In this document: in pieces, positions 62,447-64,000 of the stretch
How the letters are laid out: every line of letters starts with the position of its first letter
Numbering within the stretch: position 1 is the first letter of the stretch
Source: an uncultured delta proteobacterium
GTDB lineage: Bacteria; Desulfobacterota; Binatia; JACPRU01
DNA: 64,000 nt
Direction: 5' to 3'
Assembly (NCBI GenBank): GCA_963745025.1
Contig: CAVUWD010000008.1
Span: 128,001-192,000 of the forward strand
Translations under genes and position numbers: made by a program
Notes under the pieces: generated by a model
The model's database searches: none
What the model was told of the DNA's origin: nothing
Seen by the model: the letters and a program-made list of their open reading frames with translations, nothing else

Positions 62447-63730
62447 ATGCTCAGCCCAGTGCAGCCGCGAGAAGAGTTGTCCCTCGACCAGATCCGACTC
62501 GGCGATCCGGAGTTCTGGAAGCTCCCGCTCGAGGTACGGGAGGGTGCGTTCCAGATGCTGCGTCGCGAGCGGCCGATCTCGTTCCACGAAGAGGTTTACG
62601 ATCGCGTGTTCATGCCGGGCCCTGGCTTTCGGGCGCTCAGCCGCCATGCCGACATCCTCTATGCGGGCACGCACCCGAAGCTCTTCTGCTCGGGCAAGAG
62701 TGCGACCTCGATCGCCGACATGCCGCAGGAGTTTCTCGAGTTCTTCGGGTCGATGATCAACATGGACAACCCGAAGCACGGGCGCTTACGGCGGCTGGTG
62801 TCGAGCGCGTTCACGGCGCGCCAGCTCTCCAACATCGAGCACTACGTCGTCGAGGAGGCTTCGCGGGTGATCGATGCGGTCAGTGAGAGGGGCGAGTGCG
62901 ACTTCGTGGTCGACATCGCCGCGCCGTTCCCGATCCGCATCATCTGCGACATGATGGGCATCGCCGAGAGCCAGCACGGCTTCGTCTTCGAGAAGACGAA
63001 CATCATCCTCGGCGGCGCGGATCCGGAGTACGTCGCCGAGACCGCCGATCTCGCCGCCGCCCTGCTGCAGGCGGGCGCGGATCTCGCGGAGCTGATGCGG
63101 GAGCTCCGCCGCGAACGGCTCGAACGTCCGACCGACGACCTCACCTCGGTCCTGGCCCACGCCGAGATCGAGGGAGACCGCCTGACCGAGCAGGAGATGA
63201 TGTCGTTCTTCATCCTCCTGGTCGCGGCCGGCAACGAGACCACGCGCAACGCGATCAGCCACGGCATGAAGGCGCTCAGTGATCATCCCGCCGAGCGCCG
63301 GATCTGGCAGCAGGACTTCGAGGGCGTGGCCCCGACCGCGGTCGAGGAGATCGTTCGCTGGGCCTCGCCGGTGATCTTCATGCGCCGGACCGCGACGTGC
63401 GATACCGAGATCGGCGGCCAGCCGGTCCGCGAGGGCGACAAGTTCTTGCTCTTCTACTGCTCGGGCAATCGGGACGAGTCGGTGTTCTCCGAGCCGTTCC
63501 GCTTCGACGTGCGGCGCGATCCCAACCCGCACGTCGGCTTCGGCGGTGGACCGCACTTCTGCCTCGGAGCCGAGCTCGCGCGACGCGAGATTCGCATGCT
63601 CTTCCGAGAGATCTTCCGCCGGCTGCCCGATCTCGAGATCACCGGGCCTCCGGACCGACTGTTCTCGGCCTTCATCCACGGCATCAAGCACATGCCGTGT
63701 AGGTTCACGCCGACGAAGCCGGTCGCCTAG
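62447..63730 (+). CDS. Cytochrome P450 (CYP124/125-like)
   Basis: AGNETT, EEIVR, FGGGPHFCLG heme motif. Confidence 0.95.
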   Translation: MLSPVQPREELSLDQIRLGDPEFWKLPLEVREGAFQMLRRERPISFHEEVYDRVFMPGPGFRALSRHADILYAGTHPKLFCSGKSATSIADMPQEFLEFFGSMINMDNPKHGRLRRLVSSAFTARQLSNIEHYVVEEASRVIDAVSERGECDFVVDIAAPFPIRIICDMMGIAESQHGFVFEKTNIILGGADPEYVAETADLAAALLQAGADLAELMRELRRERLERPTDDLTSVLAHAEIEGDRLTEQEMMSFFILLVAAGNETTRNAISHGMKALSDHPAERRIWQQDFEGVAPTAVEEIVRWASPVIFMRRTATCDTEIGGQPVREGDKFLLFYCSGNRDESVFSEPFRFDVRRDPNPHVGFGGGPHFCLGAELARREIRMLFREIFRRLPDLEITGPPDRLFSAFIHGIKHMPCRFTPTKPVA

Positions 63731-64000
63731 GAACCGCGAGGGTGTCTCTCGAGTCAGCCTCGGTTTGAGACGATCCTCGTTCCCGGTCTGTGCGCGGTAT
63801 TGGAGGTCCGCGCCGATCGTCCGTAATGCATCAGTCTTGGCCACACGCGCTGGAAATTGCTGAAGCGCTGGATCTTCCGGTCGGCCCGTGCTCGGGTCGA
63901 CCGGAAGATCCAGCCACCGCGCGCAAGCGCGGAGAGCAATAGACCATCTCGTGGGTTATTGGCTTCCGCGCTCTGCGCGGTGGCGGTCGGTCGTGATCGA

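Overview
GC-rich bacterial DNA with many LLM-class oxidoreductases, class III CoA-transferases, acyl-CoA enzymes, a P450 and a long-form HflX. This content resembles Binatota or deltaproteobacterial-like soil genomes, which is an inference. The left part (~1.3-30 kb) is an accessory mosaic: intact IS1634 and IS110 elements, many gene shards, tyrosine-integrase remnants, two tRNA-Thr(CGT) 3'-half att scars, a ~112-bp att-arm-like repeat (3 copies, the third at 38.8 kb) and other short direct repeats. The best-supported discovery is an integron-type gene cassette carrying a Kef/YbaL antiporter. An IS110 element has split its attC site at a duplicated CT core inside the R'' box, and removing the IS in silico restores both the attC and the gene end. 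The IS 5' non-coding region has bridge-RNA-like features matching target and donor. A c-di-AMP (ydaO) riboswitch precedes rlpA. The right part is mostly aromatic/lipid catabolism. Many single-base frameshifts could be sequencing errors. All calls come from motif recognition by eye; no database searches were run.
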